The position numbers and the translations under genes are program-made. From Candidatus Krumholzibacteriota bacterium (GTDB lineage: Bacteria; Krumholzibacteriota; Krumholzibacteriia; JAJRXK01), in assembly GCA_963727455.1 (NCBI GenBank), contig CAVSGG010000009.1, positions 32,001 through 96,000 on the forward strand: a DNA stretch of 64,000 bases, read 5' to 3'. Of this stretch, positions 47,357 through 57,400 are shown in pieces. Each line of letters begins with the position of its first letter. The stretch's first letter is position 1. The notes under the pieces were generated by a model. It had not been told where the DNA came from. It worked only from the letters and a program-made list of their open reading frames with translations, and did no database searches.

Positions 47357-48754
47357 CTACCCTTCCTCGCGGGGAGCTTCCTGCCCCTCCTCCTGCGACT
47401 CGCTTCGTTCCAGAGCGCTCCCCTCGAAGACCGGGCGCCGCACCAGTCCGCCGTGGGGATGAATTCCCAGCGCGCGCAGCGCCCGCACACGAATCGAAGG
47501 TAGGCGCGGCGCGGGTGCGCGCGGCATGAAGCGTCCGGCGGTGAGCGCGGCCAAAAGTCGCGCTGCCGCGCTGATGGCAAACAGGCCGCGATAGTCGCCT
47601 CCGATCAAAGGAAGGAGCCATGCGGCGAGCACCCCGGCCCCGAGCTGCGCCCAACCCACGAGCAGACTGTGGGCGGCGAAGAGCGTGGGCCGCGTGCCGC
47701 GGGTACTGGATTCCAAAAGCAGAGTGAAGTAGCCCAGCTCGAAGGCCGACCAGCAGATGCCCGAAAACAGCTGGGCGAGCAGGATCACCATGAAGGTTCT
47801 GGCGAAGACCCACGGCAGCGGCACGATCGCGACCACGAAAAGGGCCAGGATCCAGATTCCCCGCGCGCCGTAGCGATCGATGGCGTCGCCCCAAGCGGAA
47901 GTCATCAGCGACTTGATGATGATCATCGCCACCGTCGCGATCATGTACTCCAGATAGCTGAAGCGTAAGCTCTCCAGCATGAATGCCCCGTAGTAGGGGG
48001 CGCTGGTATACACCGCGAAGTGGAAGAGAGCGACGAGTCCCAGCAGCCAGAAAGCGCGGGTGCCACGACCGCTGCGCAGGAATCTCCGCGCTTGCTCCGC
48101 TCGCGCCAGTCCAGCGAAACCCGGTTCGGAAGAGAGTGCGAGCAGGATGGCCGAGGCGATGCGAAAGAGCGCAGCGAGCAGGAACGCGAGCTCGAATCCC
48201 AAACCGCCGATCGCCGGCGAGCTGGCGCCCGCGGCGGCCGGTTCCAACCACTGCAGGATGAGTCCCCCGCACACCAGTCCCGCGCAGGTGCCGGCATACA
48301 CTCCTCGATTGCGCCGCCCGAAGTACCGTCCGCGAACTGCGGCCGGGACCAAATCACCGATCCAGGACGACCAGGCCGTGCCGGCCCCCTGCCCCATGAT
48401 CTGATACAGGCACACCATCAAGATCAAGCGCGCCGGTGTCGAGGCTCCGAAGTGTTCGACCACGCTCAGGGCCACCAACACCAGAGCTTGGGCCAGGGCG
48501 CTGAACATCACGAGCGGCTTGCGGCGAATGCGCCGGCCCAACAACGCGACGACGGTCCAGGGGCCGGCTCCGGCGAGAGCCAAGGGAAGGGTGATGGTCA
48601 GGGCGAGCTCGAGGGCGCTCGCGTGCAGTCGAACTGCATCGGCGATGAAGTAGGTTTCTCCCAGGCCCACCATCACCGCCCACGCTGTCCCCTCCCACAC
48701 GGACAGGCGCATCGTGCGTTCGACTTGTTCTTTCGTGAGAGTCATCGAGCTCAC
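47357..48754 (-). CDS. MFS transporter
   Basis: About 12 hydrophobic segments, AWSSWIGDLVP..RGRYFGRR, WG..IDRYG. Confidence 0.82.
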   Translation of the reverse strand: MSSMTLTKEQVERTMRLSVWEGTAWAVMVGLGETYFIADAVRLHASALELALTITLPLALAGAGPWTVVALLGRRIRRKPLVMFSALAQALVLVALSVVEHFGASTPARLILMVCLYQIMGQGAGTAWSSWIGDLVPAAVRGRYFGRRNRGVYAGTCAGLVCGGLILQWLEPAAAGASSPAIGGLGFELAFLLAALFRIASAILLALSSEPGFAGLARAEQARRFLRSGRGTRAFWLLGLVALFHFAVYTSAPYYGAFMLESLRFSYLEYMIATVAMIIIKSLMTSAWGDAIDRYGARGIWILALFVVAIVPLPWVFARTFMVILLAQLFSGICWSAFELGYFTLLLESSTRGTRPTLFAAHSLLVGWAQLGAGVLAAWLLPLIGGDYRGLFAISAAARLLAALTAGRFMPRAPAPRLPSIRVRALRALGIHPHGGLVRRPVFEGSALERSESQEEGQEAPREEG

Positions 48755-49633
48755 CTATCCCAAAGCTCCACCCCTATCACCGAAACCAGGATGAGCAAAG
48801 CGCCCATCTGTCCGATGAAGGGAAGCACTTCGCCCAGCATCAGGTAGGCGAAGAGGGTGGCGAACACCGGCTCCATGGAGAAGATGAGCGCGGTCCGTTG
48901 AGGAGTGGTCCGTCCCTGGTAGTTGGTCTGCAGCCAGGTGGTGCCTCCGGTGGCGAAGGTGGCAGTGAACAAGAGAGCCACCCAGGCCATTTTACTGAAG
49001 TGCACCGGACCGGGATGCGAGAGTGGTAGGAAGACGCCGGCGAGGGCAGCGATTCCCACGATCTGCACGAAGGCCAGCGCCGTCGAGTTGGGTTGCCGTC
49101 GTAAGTAAATTTGCAGCACGTGGATGTAGACGGCGTAAATCGCCGCGCAGGCCAGAACGAAGAGGTCCCCGCGCGTGATTCCACCGGCCCGCGGATTGGT
49201 GAGCAGAAAGAGACCCAGGGTGGCAGTGAGCGCGGCCAGAATTTCGATGCGTTTGGGACGGCCGCGCCCGGAAGACGGGAGAAAGAAGGGGGACCAGGAT
49301 GACGCTCAAACCGGTGATGAAGGCCGCTCGGCCCGCGCCGACGGTGGTCAGTCCCAGGGTCTGGGTGATGTAGCCGCCTCCAGCCAAGGCCCCCAAGATC
49401 AAGCCGGGCACTGCGGCGGCACGGAGGCCGCTCCTCGCCTTGGCATTGAAGAGGACCAGCGGCAAGAACACGAGGAGGGCCAGAGAGAAACGAAACCCGA
49501 CGAAAACCAGCGGCTCCAGGGTGCTCACTGCGGAACGAATGAGAGGGAAGGTGAGCCCCCAGAAGAGGGTCACGAGCAGCATGGCCAGATCGGCGCGGTG
49601 CTTGGAGTCAGAGAAGAGCGAGCGCAGGGCCAC
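48751..49633 (-). CDS. EamA/DMT-family transporter (frameshift at ~49260)
   Basis: LFWGLTF, RFSLA, QTLGL.T..GRAAFIT in one frame; GDLF.L..A, IFSMEPVFA..F.Y..LGE in another. Confidence 0.82.
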
Positions 49634-49637
49634 TCCT

Positions 49638-50147
49638 TCAGCGCGCCTCTTCGTGTGGCGCGATCGTTACCAGCGGAGCGTCGGGCAAGACCAGCTCCTC
49701 GGCTTCGGCGTGAATGGTCTCCACCGTTCCCGCGACCGTCGCGGGCAGCTCCACTTCCATCTTCATCGCCTCCACGCGCACCACCGCCTGTCCGACTTCG
49801 ACTTCCTGACCCTCCTCCACCAGCAAGGCCAGGACTTTGCCGGGCATGGGCGCGCGTACCACCGGGCTACCCACCGTGGCGTCGAGCTCGTCTTCGTCCT
49901 CTTCATCCAGAAGCTTGAAGCTCGAGACTCTGGCCCCCACCTGAACCCAGAGCTGGTGCCCGTTGCGCGCGTAACGCGCCCGCACCAGCTCGTCTCCCAC
50001 CCGCAAAAGGATTGCATTCTCGTCCAGCGCCGCGATCTCACACAGTAGGCTCTCGCCCTCTTCGAGCTCCAGGCGCAGGGACTGGCCTTCTGGTTGAAGG
50101 CGCACCGAGTGCCTCCTGCCCTTCTCTTGCAGATGCAGGTCCATCAC
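49638..50147 (-). CDS. Biotin carboxyl carrier subunit (split C-terminus of acyl-CoA carboxylase alpha)
   Basis: VRAPMPGKV...V..G..V..G....EAMKME. Confidence 0.9.
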   Translation of the reverse strand: MMDLHLQEKGRRHSVRLQPEGQSLRLELEEGESLLCEIAALDENAILLRVGDELVRARYARNGHQLWVQVGARVSSFKLLDEEDEDELDATVGSPVVRAPMPGKVLALLVEEGQEVEVGQAVVRVEAMKMEVELPATVAGTVETIHAEAEELVLPDAPLVTIAPHEEAR

Positions 50148-51673
50148 TCTCCCCCTCCCAATCGCAGAGCGGAGAGCTGGGACCAGGGACCGGGAATCTC
50201 CTGTCCCACCGCGGCTTGAACACCCGGCAGCGCAGCGCCGGGAGCTCGGCTCAAAATGGCGGCGGCAACGGCCAGCGATGCAAAATCCTCGCCCGGTGCG
50301 CAGCCGCTTTCCGACTTCCAGTTCTTGAAGTGCTGCGGCAAGAAGCCGGTGTGGGTGTGGCCCTGAGCGAACTGCGGATGCGCGAGGATCGCGTGCAGGT
50401 AGGAGAGGTTGCTCCCTACTCCCAAGAGGACGGTCTCGCGCAGGGCTTGCAGCATGCGGCGCCTGGCGCCGTCACGATCTTCCGCCCAGGTGGACAGTTT
50501 CGCGATGAGAGGATCGTAGTAGAGGGAAACCTCGGCTCCGGTGGTGATTCCCGTGTCCACCCGGACTCCCGGTCCGGCGGGAGCCTCGAAGAGCAGCACT
50601 CTGCCGGTTCGCGGCATGAAGCCCTCTGAGGGATCCTCGGCGTAGAGGCGCGCCTCGATGCTGTGCCCGCGCGAGCTGATCTCATCCTGTTCCAGTGTGA
50701 TCGCTTCACCCTGGGCAACGCGGATCTGCTGCGCCACGAGGTCGACTCCGGTCACCCATTCGGTGATGGGATGCTCCACCTGCAGGCGGGTATTCATTTC
50801 CAAAAAGAAGAACTCGCCGCTCTCGTCCAGCAGCATTTCCACCGTGCCCGCGCCGGTGTAGGACACGGCGCGCGCCGCTTTGACCGCGGTCTCGTGCATG
50901 CGAGCGCGCAGAGTATCGTCCAGCAATGGCGCCGGCGACTCCTCGATGATCTTCTGGTGACGGCGCTGAATGGAACACTCGCGTTCCATCAAATGCAGCA
51001 CCTTCCCGTGCGTATCGCCCAACACCTGCACCTCGACGTGGCGCGGGCGGGTGAGCAGTCGCTCCAGATAGACTTCCTCGTTGCCGAAGGCGGAGAGCGC
51101 TTCGCGGCGCGCCGCGGCCACCGCATCCTTCAGGTCCTCGGGCGCCTGAACCGCGCGCATTCCCTTGCCACCACCACCGGCCGAGGCCTTCACGAGCAGA
51201 GGGAAGCCCACGCTCTGGGCGGTTTTCATCATCGCCGAGGCGGATGCTCCGGATTCGAGCAGGGCGCCGGGAACCACGGGAACATTCGCCTGTTCCATGC
51301 GCGCCCGCGCGCGCGTCTTCAGCCCCATCTCCTCGATGACGCGAGGCGTGGGCCCGATGAAGATCAGGCCGGCGTCGGCGCAGGCTGCTGCGAATTCCGC
51401 GTTCTCCGCCAAGAATCCGTAGCCCGGGTGGACGGCATCGCAGCCGGTGCGGCGCGCCGCGTCCAGAATTTTCTCCACCACGAGGTAGCTCTTGCTCGCT
51501 TCGGCCTCGCCGATGTCCACCACTTCGTTCGCCAACTGTGCGTGCAGCGAGAAGCGATCCGCCTCGCTGGCCACCGCCACGCACGAAATGCCGAGTTCGT
51601 GGCAGGCCCGCATCACCCGCACCGCGATTTCGCCGCGGTTGGCCACCAGAATGCGCCGGATGGGCTGACTCAT
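50144..51673 (-). CDS. Biotin carboxylase (methylcrotonyl/geranyl-CoA carboxylase alpha type)
   Basis: LVANRGEIA, HPGYGFLAEN, KASAGGGGKGMR, ERECSIQRRHQK, EMNTRLQVEHP; start ATG 51673. Confidence 0.92.
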   Translation of the reverse strand: MSQPIRRILVANRGEIAVRVMRACHELGISCVAVASEADRFSLHAQLANEVVDIGEAEASKSYLVVEKILDAARRTGCDAVHPGYGFLAENAEFAAACADAGLIFIGPTPRVIEEMGLKTRARARMEQANVPVVPGALLESGASASAMMKTAQSVGFPLLVKASAGGGGKGMRAVQAPEDLKDAVAAARREALSAFGNEEVYLERLLTRPRHVEVQVLGDTHGKVLHLMERECSIQRRHQKIIEESPAPLLDDTLRARMHETAVKAARAVSYTGAGTVEMLLDESGEFFFLEMNTRLQVEHPITEWVTGVDLVAQQIRVAQGEAITLEQDEISSRGHSIEARLYAEDPSEGFMPRTGRVLLFEAPAGPGVRVDTGITTGAEVSLYYDPLIAKLSTWAEDRDGARRRMLQALRETVLLGVGSNLSYLHAILAHPQFAQGHTHTGFLPQHFKNWKSESGCAPGEDFASLAVAAAILSRAPGAALPGVQAAVGQEIPGPWSQLSALRLGGGE

Positions 51674-52467
51674 CCTTCCTCCTCGAACGCGTCCACCCAC
51701 TTGGTGGGACGTTTCTCGAAGTACGCGGCAAAGCCTTCCTTGGCTTCCGCGGTTGCACGTTGGCTGGCAATGTACTCGGGGGTGCGCTTGCACGCCTCGG
51801 CCAGCGGCAAACTCCCGATTTCGTCCAGGAGTCGCTTGCACGCGGCCTGGGCCAAGGGACCACCCAGACTCAATTCCTTCAACATGACATCGACTTCGGC
51901 GTCCAGCTCTTCCGGTGCCGCCACCTCGTCCACCAGTCCCAAACGCTGCGCCTTCTCCGTGGTGAAGATCTGCGTGCTCAAGAAGAGCGTACGGCAGGCC
52001 CCGGGTCCCAGGCGCCGCAGCACGAAAGGAGCGATCACCGCCGGCAGGATCCCCAGACGCGCTTCGGTCAGCCCAAACTTGGTTCCTTCCGCCGCCACCA
52101 CCAGATCCGCGGCCGCGACAAGCCCCAATCCACCGCCGATCGCGGCGCCCTGCACTCTGGCCACCACCGGCTTGCTGCAAGCGGAGATGCTCTCGTAGAG
52201 GCCGCTCAAGAGGCGCGCGTCGGCCAGGTTGTCCTGGTGGTCGTACTCGGCCAGACGGCGCATGTAATTGATGTCCGCCCCGGCGCAGAAGCTCTTGCCC
52301 TCCCCGCTCAGAAGGACGAAGCGCACCGCCGTATCGTCCGCCGCGGCGCGCACGGCTGCGGTGAGTTCCTGGATGAGTTCCTCGTCCAGGGCGTTGCGAA
52401 TCTCGGGCCGGTTCAGTCGCAACTCGCGAGTACTGCCCTTGTCGAGTCGGATCAGCTTGTCACTCAT
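51670..52467 (-). CDS. Enoyl-CoA hydratase family, methylglutaconyl-CoA hydratase-like
   Basis: LNRPEIRNA, FCAGADINYM, AIGGGLGL, TEARLGILPAVIAP, EG.AAY.EKR. Confidence 0.88.
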   Translation of the reverse strand: MSDKLIRLDKGSTRELRLNRPEIRNALDEELIQELTAAVRAAADDTAVRFVLLSGEGKSFCAGADINYMRRLAEYDHQDNLADARLLSGLYESISACSKPVVARVQGAAIGGGLGLVAAADLVVAAEGTKFGLTEARLGILPAVIAPFVLRRLGPGACRTLFLSTQIFTTEKAQRLGLVDEVAAPEELDAEVDVMLKELSLGGPLAQAACKRLLDEIGSLPLAEACKRTPEYIASQRATAEAKEGFAAYFEKRPTKWVDAFEEEG

Positions 52468-52476
52468 GCTACCTCT

Positions 52477-54270
52477 CTATCGGCTCGTGTCCGCCGCTTT
52501 CACCAGTGCCTCGTCCACTTCGAACTCCATGGCCAAGAGCGCATGCGAGTAGGTCTTGCCCTGCGCGTCGATGTGCAAGGAGAAGGTTCCCCCGCCACCC
52601 AGAGATTCGTGGAGCAGGAAATTCAAGGCATGCAGGTTGGGAACCTCGTAGCGCTCCACCTTGCCGTGACAGATTCCCGTGAACCTCTTCTTCACCGTCT
52701 CGGCGCTGAGCGTCTCTTTCAGCCAGGGATAGATGCTCGGGTGGCGCGCGATGACTCCGATGTTGCTCGTGTCGCCCTTGTCGCCGCTGCGTCCGTGGGC
52801 CAGTCGGTTCAGAGGCACTTTCACGAGCTTCCCACTCGGCTTTGGCGCTTCGGCCTTCGGGTCCTCCACTTTCGCCTCACAGCGCCCGTCCCCTTTACCC
52901 ACGCCGAAGGGCACTTCGAGAGACTCGGTTCCTTCGGGTCCGGAGACTTCCACCACCGCCTTACAGAGGCTGCGTTGGATCAGGCAGGGCCAGTAACCCA
53001 CGACCTCCTGCACTCGCGGCCTTCCGCCGGTCACTGCGACACCGGGGGGGCCGGAGAGAATCAGGGCCGCGAGCATCTTGGAAAATGCGGTGACCTTCTC
53101 GTGGCTCTCGTCGCGCACCCCCAGGCGCAGATAGATCTCGCTGGCATCGTGCGTGGGGGACATGGGACCCCAGGTGGAATCGGCGCCCACGAACTCGGCC
53201 AGGTGCTCCTGGTACGCAGGCAGTCGATTCCAGAGAATGTCCGCGAAGGTCTCCCCCTTGGATCGCGCCTCGGGGCCACAGATGATGACCGCTCCGCTGG
53301 CCTTGTATCCCTCATGGAGGCTGGCGGAGATCTTGAGAGTATCGGTGGGGGGCGCGCCCTTGATCCCCCATACCCGCACGCGATCCTTGCCCGCCTGCTC
53401 CAGTCGAATCGAGCTGAATGCGGCCACCACGTCCGGCGTGATGTAGGAATTCGGATCGCCCATTTCGTAGACGAGCTGTTCCTTGACCGTCTCCACGCTC
53501 ACCAGGCCACCGGTGCCTTCGTGTTTGGTCACGATGAACGAGCCATCGGGATTCATTTCGACGATGGGGTATCCGATCTCGTGGTAGCTCGGCACCCTGC
53601 GCCAGTCGGTGAAATTGCCGCCCGTGCTCTGGGCGCCGCATTCCAGAATGTGCCCGGCCACGATTCCGGCCGCGAGCTGGTCGTAGTCGTCCCACTTCCA
53701 ACCGAAGCGGTGGATCATCGGCGCCAAGGAGATGCCGGTATCGGTGACGCGGCCGGTGACGATGACCTGGGCATCGAGCTTCAAGGCCTCCACCACCGGA
53801 GCGGCCCCGAAGTAGACGTTCGCGCTGGTGAACTTCCCCACGGCCTGCGAGAAGGCCCGCCCGTCGTCCATGTTGGAGAGGGGCTCGCCCTGCTGGTGCC
53901 AAGCCGACATCTGGGCCAGCACTTCGTCGCCCGCCACGAGCCCGACCTTGAGCGTGCTGTTGCCCTCCTGGGCGATACGCAGCAGTTCATCGCGGCAGGA
54001 GAAGGGATTCACTCCGCCCGCATTGGTGATGATCCTGGTCCCCTTCTGGTCCAAGAGAGGCAGGATTTCACGTACCTGATCCACGAAGTCGCGCGCATAG
54101 CCCAGCTCCAAGTTGCGGCTGCGCTGCTTCTGGAGGATGGACATCGTAATCTCGGCCAGATAGTCGATGGTGATGACGTCCAGCGGCCCGCCTTCGAGCT
54201 GTCGTTTCAACACACTGAGATCGTCACCCCAGTAGCCGCCGGCGTTGGCAATACGTATGGCTTGCGTCAC
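52477..54270 (-). CDS. atuA: Acyclic terpene utilization AtuA-family protein
   Basis: IANAGGYWGD, DYLAEIT, NAGGVNP, GHILECGAQSTGGN, EQLVYE, GRSGDKGD..NIGV, DAQGK; GTG start 54270. Confidence 0.88.
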   Translation of the reverse strand: MTQAIRIANAGGYWGDDLSVLKRQLEGGPLDVITIDYLAEITMSILQKQRSRNLELGYARDFVDQVREILPLLDQKGTRIITNAGGVNPFSCRDELLRIAQEGNSTLKVGLVAGDEVLAQMSAWHQQGEPLSNMDDGRAFSQAVGKFTSANVYFGAAPVVEALKLDAQVIVTGRVTDTGISLAPMIHRFGWKWDDYDQLAAGIVAGHILECGAQSTGGNFTDWRRVPSYHEIGYPIVEMNPDGSFIVTKHEGTGGLVSVETVKEQLVYEMGDPNSYITPDVVAAFSSIRLEQAGKDRVRVWGIKGAPPTDTLKISASLHEGYKASGAVIICGPEARSKGETFADILWNRLPAYQEHLAEFVGADSTWGPMSPTHDASEIYLRLGVRDESHEKVTAFSKMLAALILSGPPGVAVTGGRPRVQEVVGYWPCLIQRSLCKAVVEVSGPEGTESLEVPFGVGKGDGRCEAKVEDPKAEAPKPSGKLVKVPLNRLAHGRSGDKGDTSNIGVIARHPSIYPWLKETLSAETVKKRFTGICHGKVERYEVPNLHALNFLLHESLGGGGTFSLHIDAQGKTYSHALLAMEFEVDEALVKAADTSR

Positions 54271-54462
54271 CTTGAAGTTCCTTTGCGCGAATTGAGGCTC
54301 AGAATGGGCACTCGTGCCCTTCCCGGCACCGGACGAAGCGGCGGGGACGGAAATGGGAGTATAGGGGCCACCTCGAAACTCGTCCACCAGACCCCTGGCC
54401 CAATCGCAACTTGGCTGCTAGGCTGGACTCGTATACACCGACGCAATGAGACGGGAGGAACC

Positions 54463-55878
54463 ATGGACCTGAAGAAGCTGCAGAACCGCGTGGATCAAAC
54501 TTGGGAAGAGGAAATTCTGCCTACCATCGCCGAGTATATCGCCATTCCCAACAAATCTCCGATGTTCGACCCGGAATGGGAGGACCACGGCCACATGGAG
54601 AAGGCGGTGCAGCTTCTGAGCTCTTGGGCCAAGGAGCGCAAGCTCGAGGGGATGAAACTCGAGGTGGTCCGCCTGAAGGGGCGCACCCCCCTCATCTTCG
54701 CGGAGATTCCCGGCGACGGTGATGAAACGGTTTTGCTCTACGGGCACCTCGACAAGCAGCCGGAGATGGTCGGCTGGGACGAGGGCAAGGGACCATGGAC
54801 CCCGGTGATGCAGGACGGAAAGCTCTACGGCCGCGGTGGAGCGGACGACGGCTACGCCATCTTCGCGGCCCTGACCGCCATCGAGAAGGTGCAAGAACAG
54901 GGGCTGAAGCACGCTCGCTGCGTGGTGGTGATCGAGGCCTGCGAGGAGAGTGGCAGCCCCGATCTGCCCGCCTACATCGAACACCTCTCCGACCGCATCG
55001 GCACCCCGAGCCTCGTGGTCTGTCTCGACTCGGGCTGTGGCAACTACGAACAGCTCTGGAGCACCACCAGCTTGCGCGGCAACGTCACCGGCAAGCTGAC
55101 GATCAAGCTACTCACCGAAGGAGTGCATTCGGGAGATGGCAGTGGGGTCGTCGCCGAGAGTTTTCGGGTGGCGAGGGCTCTGCTGAGCCGCATCGAGGAC
55201 CAGGAGACCGGCGAGATCTTGCTTCCCGAACTCAACATCGACATCCCAAAAGAGAGAATCGAACAGGCCAAGGTCGTCGCGGACATCTTGGGCGACAATG
55301 TCTACGAGCAGTTCCCCTTGAATCCGGGAACAAAGCCGACTACCAGCGACAAGACCGAATTGGTCCTGCGGCGCACCTGGCGTCCGACTCTCTGCGTTAC
55401 CGGAGCCGATGGATTCCCCAGCGTACGCAACGCGGGCAACGTGTTGCGCCCGGAGACGATCTTCAAGCTGTCCTTCCGCTTGCCGCCTACCGCCGACCCC
55501 AAGCTGGCGGCGAATCGTCTGAAAGAGGTCTTCGAAACCAACCCGCCGTATGATGCGCGGATCGAATTTGAATTCGATTCGCCCGCGGCGGGCTGGGACG
55601 CCCCCCCTCTCGCAAGGTGGCTGGAGGAGTCTCTGGAAGACGCGTCGAAGGCCTTCTTCGGCAAACCCGCGTGTTACATGGGCGAGGGCGGGAGCATTCC
55701 CTTCATGTCCATGCTGGGCAAACGCTATCCCAAAGCTCAGTTTCTGATCACCGGGGTTTTGGGACCCTCATCCAACGCGCACGGCCCGAACGAGTTTCTG
55801 CACGTGGCGACCGCGAAAAGAGTGACGGCTTGCGTAGCGAAACTTCTTTCCGATCACCACGACGCGTTCGCGAAGTAG
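54463..55878 (+). CDS. M20/M25/M40 metallopeptidase (dipeptidase-like)
   Basis: YGHLDKQP, YGRGGADDGY, EACEESGS, CLDSG, GGSIPF, NAHGPNE; ATG after GGGAGG. Confidence 0.92.
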   Translation: MDLKKLQNRVDQTWEEEILPTIAEYIAIPNKSPMFDPEWEDHGHMEKAVQLLSSWAKERKLEGMKLEVVRLKGRTPLIFAEIPGDGDETVLLYGHLDKQPEMVGWDEGKGPWTPVMQDGKLYGRGGADDGYAIFAALTAIEKVQEQGLKHARCVVVIEACEESGSPDLPAYIEHLSDRIGTPSLVVCLDSGCGNYEQLWSTTSLRGNVTGKLTIKLLTEGVHSGDGSGVVAESFRVARALLSRIEDQETGEILLPELNIDIPKERIEQAKVVADILGDNVYEQFPLNPGTKPTTSDKTELVLRRTWRPTLCVTGADGFPSVRNAGNVLRPETIFKLSFRLPPTADPKLAANRLKEVFETNPPYDARIEFEFDSPAAGWDAPPLARWLEESLEDASKAFFGKPACYMGEGGSIPFMSMLGKRYPKAQFLITGVLGPSSNAHGPNEFLHVATAKRVTACVAKLLSDHHDAFAK

Positions 55879-55970
55879 CCGGTTTTCAGTTCCGGCCGGG
55901 CAACTAGCCGGTACTCGGGACCGGCGCGGCAACTAGCCGGTATTCAAGCCCAGCGCGCGAACTAGCCGCG
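55873..55970. repeat. 29-bp-period mini-array between convergent stop codons
   Basis: AA(G/C)TAGCCG core at 55873, 55902, 55931 and 55960, with variable intervening sequence. Confidence 0.75.
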
Positions 55971-57308
55971 ATGCCCGGGAACGCTTCCACGCGAGAGGTC
56001 TTCGCGACCGTTCTCGGTGCAGAGGATGTCGTCCTCGATGCGCGCCCCTCCGCAGAGCAACAGCTCGTCGATCAGCTTCCAGTTGAACGCGGAGGAGTGC
56101 TCGCCCTGGCGGAACGGCTCCAGCAACATCGCGATGAAATAAATTCCCGGCTCGATGGTGAGAACCTGGCCCGCCGCCATCGCGCGTGTGGTCCGCAGGT
56201 AAGCGTGGCGCGCCGGAGGACTCAGAGTGCCCCCTTGGGGAGACTCCTGCCGCCCTCCCACATCGTGCACCTGAAGCCCGAGATGGTGTCCCAGTCCGTG
56301 GGGGAAAAAGGGATCGGTGAGACCCTTTTCGAAGGCCTCGTCCGGCTTCACTTTGAGGATCGAGAGTTCGCAGAGAATCTTGGCCACGCCACGGTGTGCG
56401 GTTTCGTGGAGCTCCAGATAGGAGCGCCCCGGTCCCACTCCCTGCACCAGCTCTCGCTGCAAGAGATCGAGATGGTTGACGAGTTCCCGAAACTCCCGGT
56501 GCGCCGCGGCTTGCGGGTAAGTACGGGTGATGTCACTCGCGTACCCGTAGACGGAAGCCCCCGCATCTACCAGCAGGTTCAAGGTCGCTGACGGCGCTTG
56601 AATCTGTTTGCTCTGATAGTGAAGCACCGCCGAGTGCTCGTTCCAGGCGATGATGTTGGTGTAGGGAACTTCGTTCTCCAGATGTTCGGTCGCGGCGAGA
56701 TAGCCCGCGTGCATGGTACGCTCGGAACGACCTTGCTCCGCATCGCTACGAACCACCGCGTGTCCGCGAGCGGCCCTTCGCACCGCGCCGCGGATACACT
56801 CCACTTCATACGCGGTTTTCAACCCTCGATCCCAATCCAGCCGCGCCATCAGCTCCTCAGGTTCGACCTTCTCCTTTTCGATGCCGAGTGCGCGCGCCGT
56901 TCCGCGATCCGGGCCGACGTAGGCCATCCCCGAAAGATCTCCGGCCGCGTTGACCGCCGCTTTGGCATCGGCCACCGTCTCCACGCAGAGGCTCGTCATG
57001 TAGGGATGCTCCGGGTCGGGCGGTGTTTCGTACCAGTAGTCTCTCGGAACCACCTTCACCAGGGTGGGCAACTCGCCGGGACGAAAAATGAGCAGATGAT
57101 CCGGCCCGTTCAGCGGGGCCCAGCGCGCGAAGTGGAAACTGGGCTTGAAGGGGACGGGTTGATCGTCCGCGTGGTAGAGAAGATCTCCGCCTGCCGCGAA
57201 TACGATCCCGCGAAATTCTGTGCCCTCGCTTGCCAGCTCCTTCAGAATCGCCGAGTTGCGCTTTGATAGCTCTTCCACGTGCTCTCGGTAACTCGCTTTC
57301 AGATCCAT
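55962..57308 (-). CDS. pepQ: Xaa-Pro dipeptidase (prolidase)
   Basis: DDQ..PFK, PYTNIIA.NEH.AVLHY, VDAGA...YASDITRT, FPHGLGHHLGLQVHDVGG, TIEPG.YF, RIEDD. Confidence 0.93.
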   Translation of the reverse strand: MDLKASYREHVEELSKRNSAILKELASEGTEFRGIVFAAGGDLLYHADDQPVPFKPSFHFARWAPLNGPDHLLIFRPGELPTLVKVVPRDYWYETPPDPEHPYMTSLCVETVADAKAAVNAAGDLSGMAYVGPDRGTARALGIEKEKVEPEELMARLDWDRGLKTAYEVECIRGAVRRAARGHAVVRSDAEQGRSERTMHAGYLAATEHLENEVPYTNIIAWNEHSAVLHYQSKQIQAPSATLNLLVDAGASVYGYASDITRTYPQAAAHREFRELVNHLDLLQRELVQGVGPGRSYLELHETAHRGVAKILCELSILKVKPDEAFEKGLTDPFFPHGLGHHLGLQVHDVGGRQESPQGGTLSPPARHAYLRTTRAMAAGQVLTIEPGIYFIAMLLEPFRQGEHSSAFNWKLIDELLLCGGARIEDDILCTENGREDLSRGSVPGHRG

Positions 57309-57400
57309 GCATCTCCTCCAATGCTGCAAGGCAGCGATGCTCACGGTCACGGGCCCGCGGGGCAGTGTTTGTCGAGGGGCGCGCTAGAGTCGCGTGAGGG

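Noticed and set aside
51538-55878. 1446-aa ORF on the + strand
   Set aside because: The first ~975 codons are the antisense shadow of the hydratase and atuA genes in GC-rich DNA; only the part from ATG 54463 (with RBS) is a real M20 peptidase
55873-55970. Possible CRISPR mini-array
   Set aside because: The 29-bp period is far too short for repeat plus spacer, and the intervening parts resemble each other
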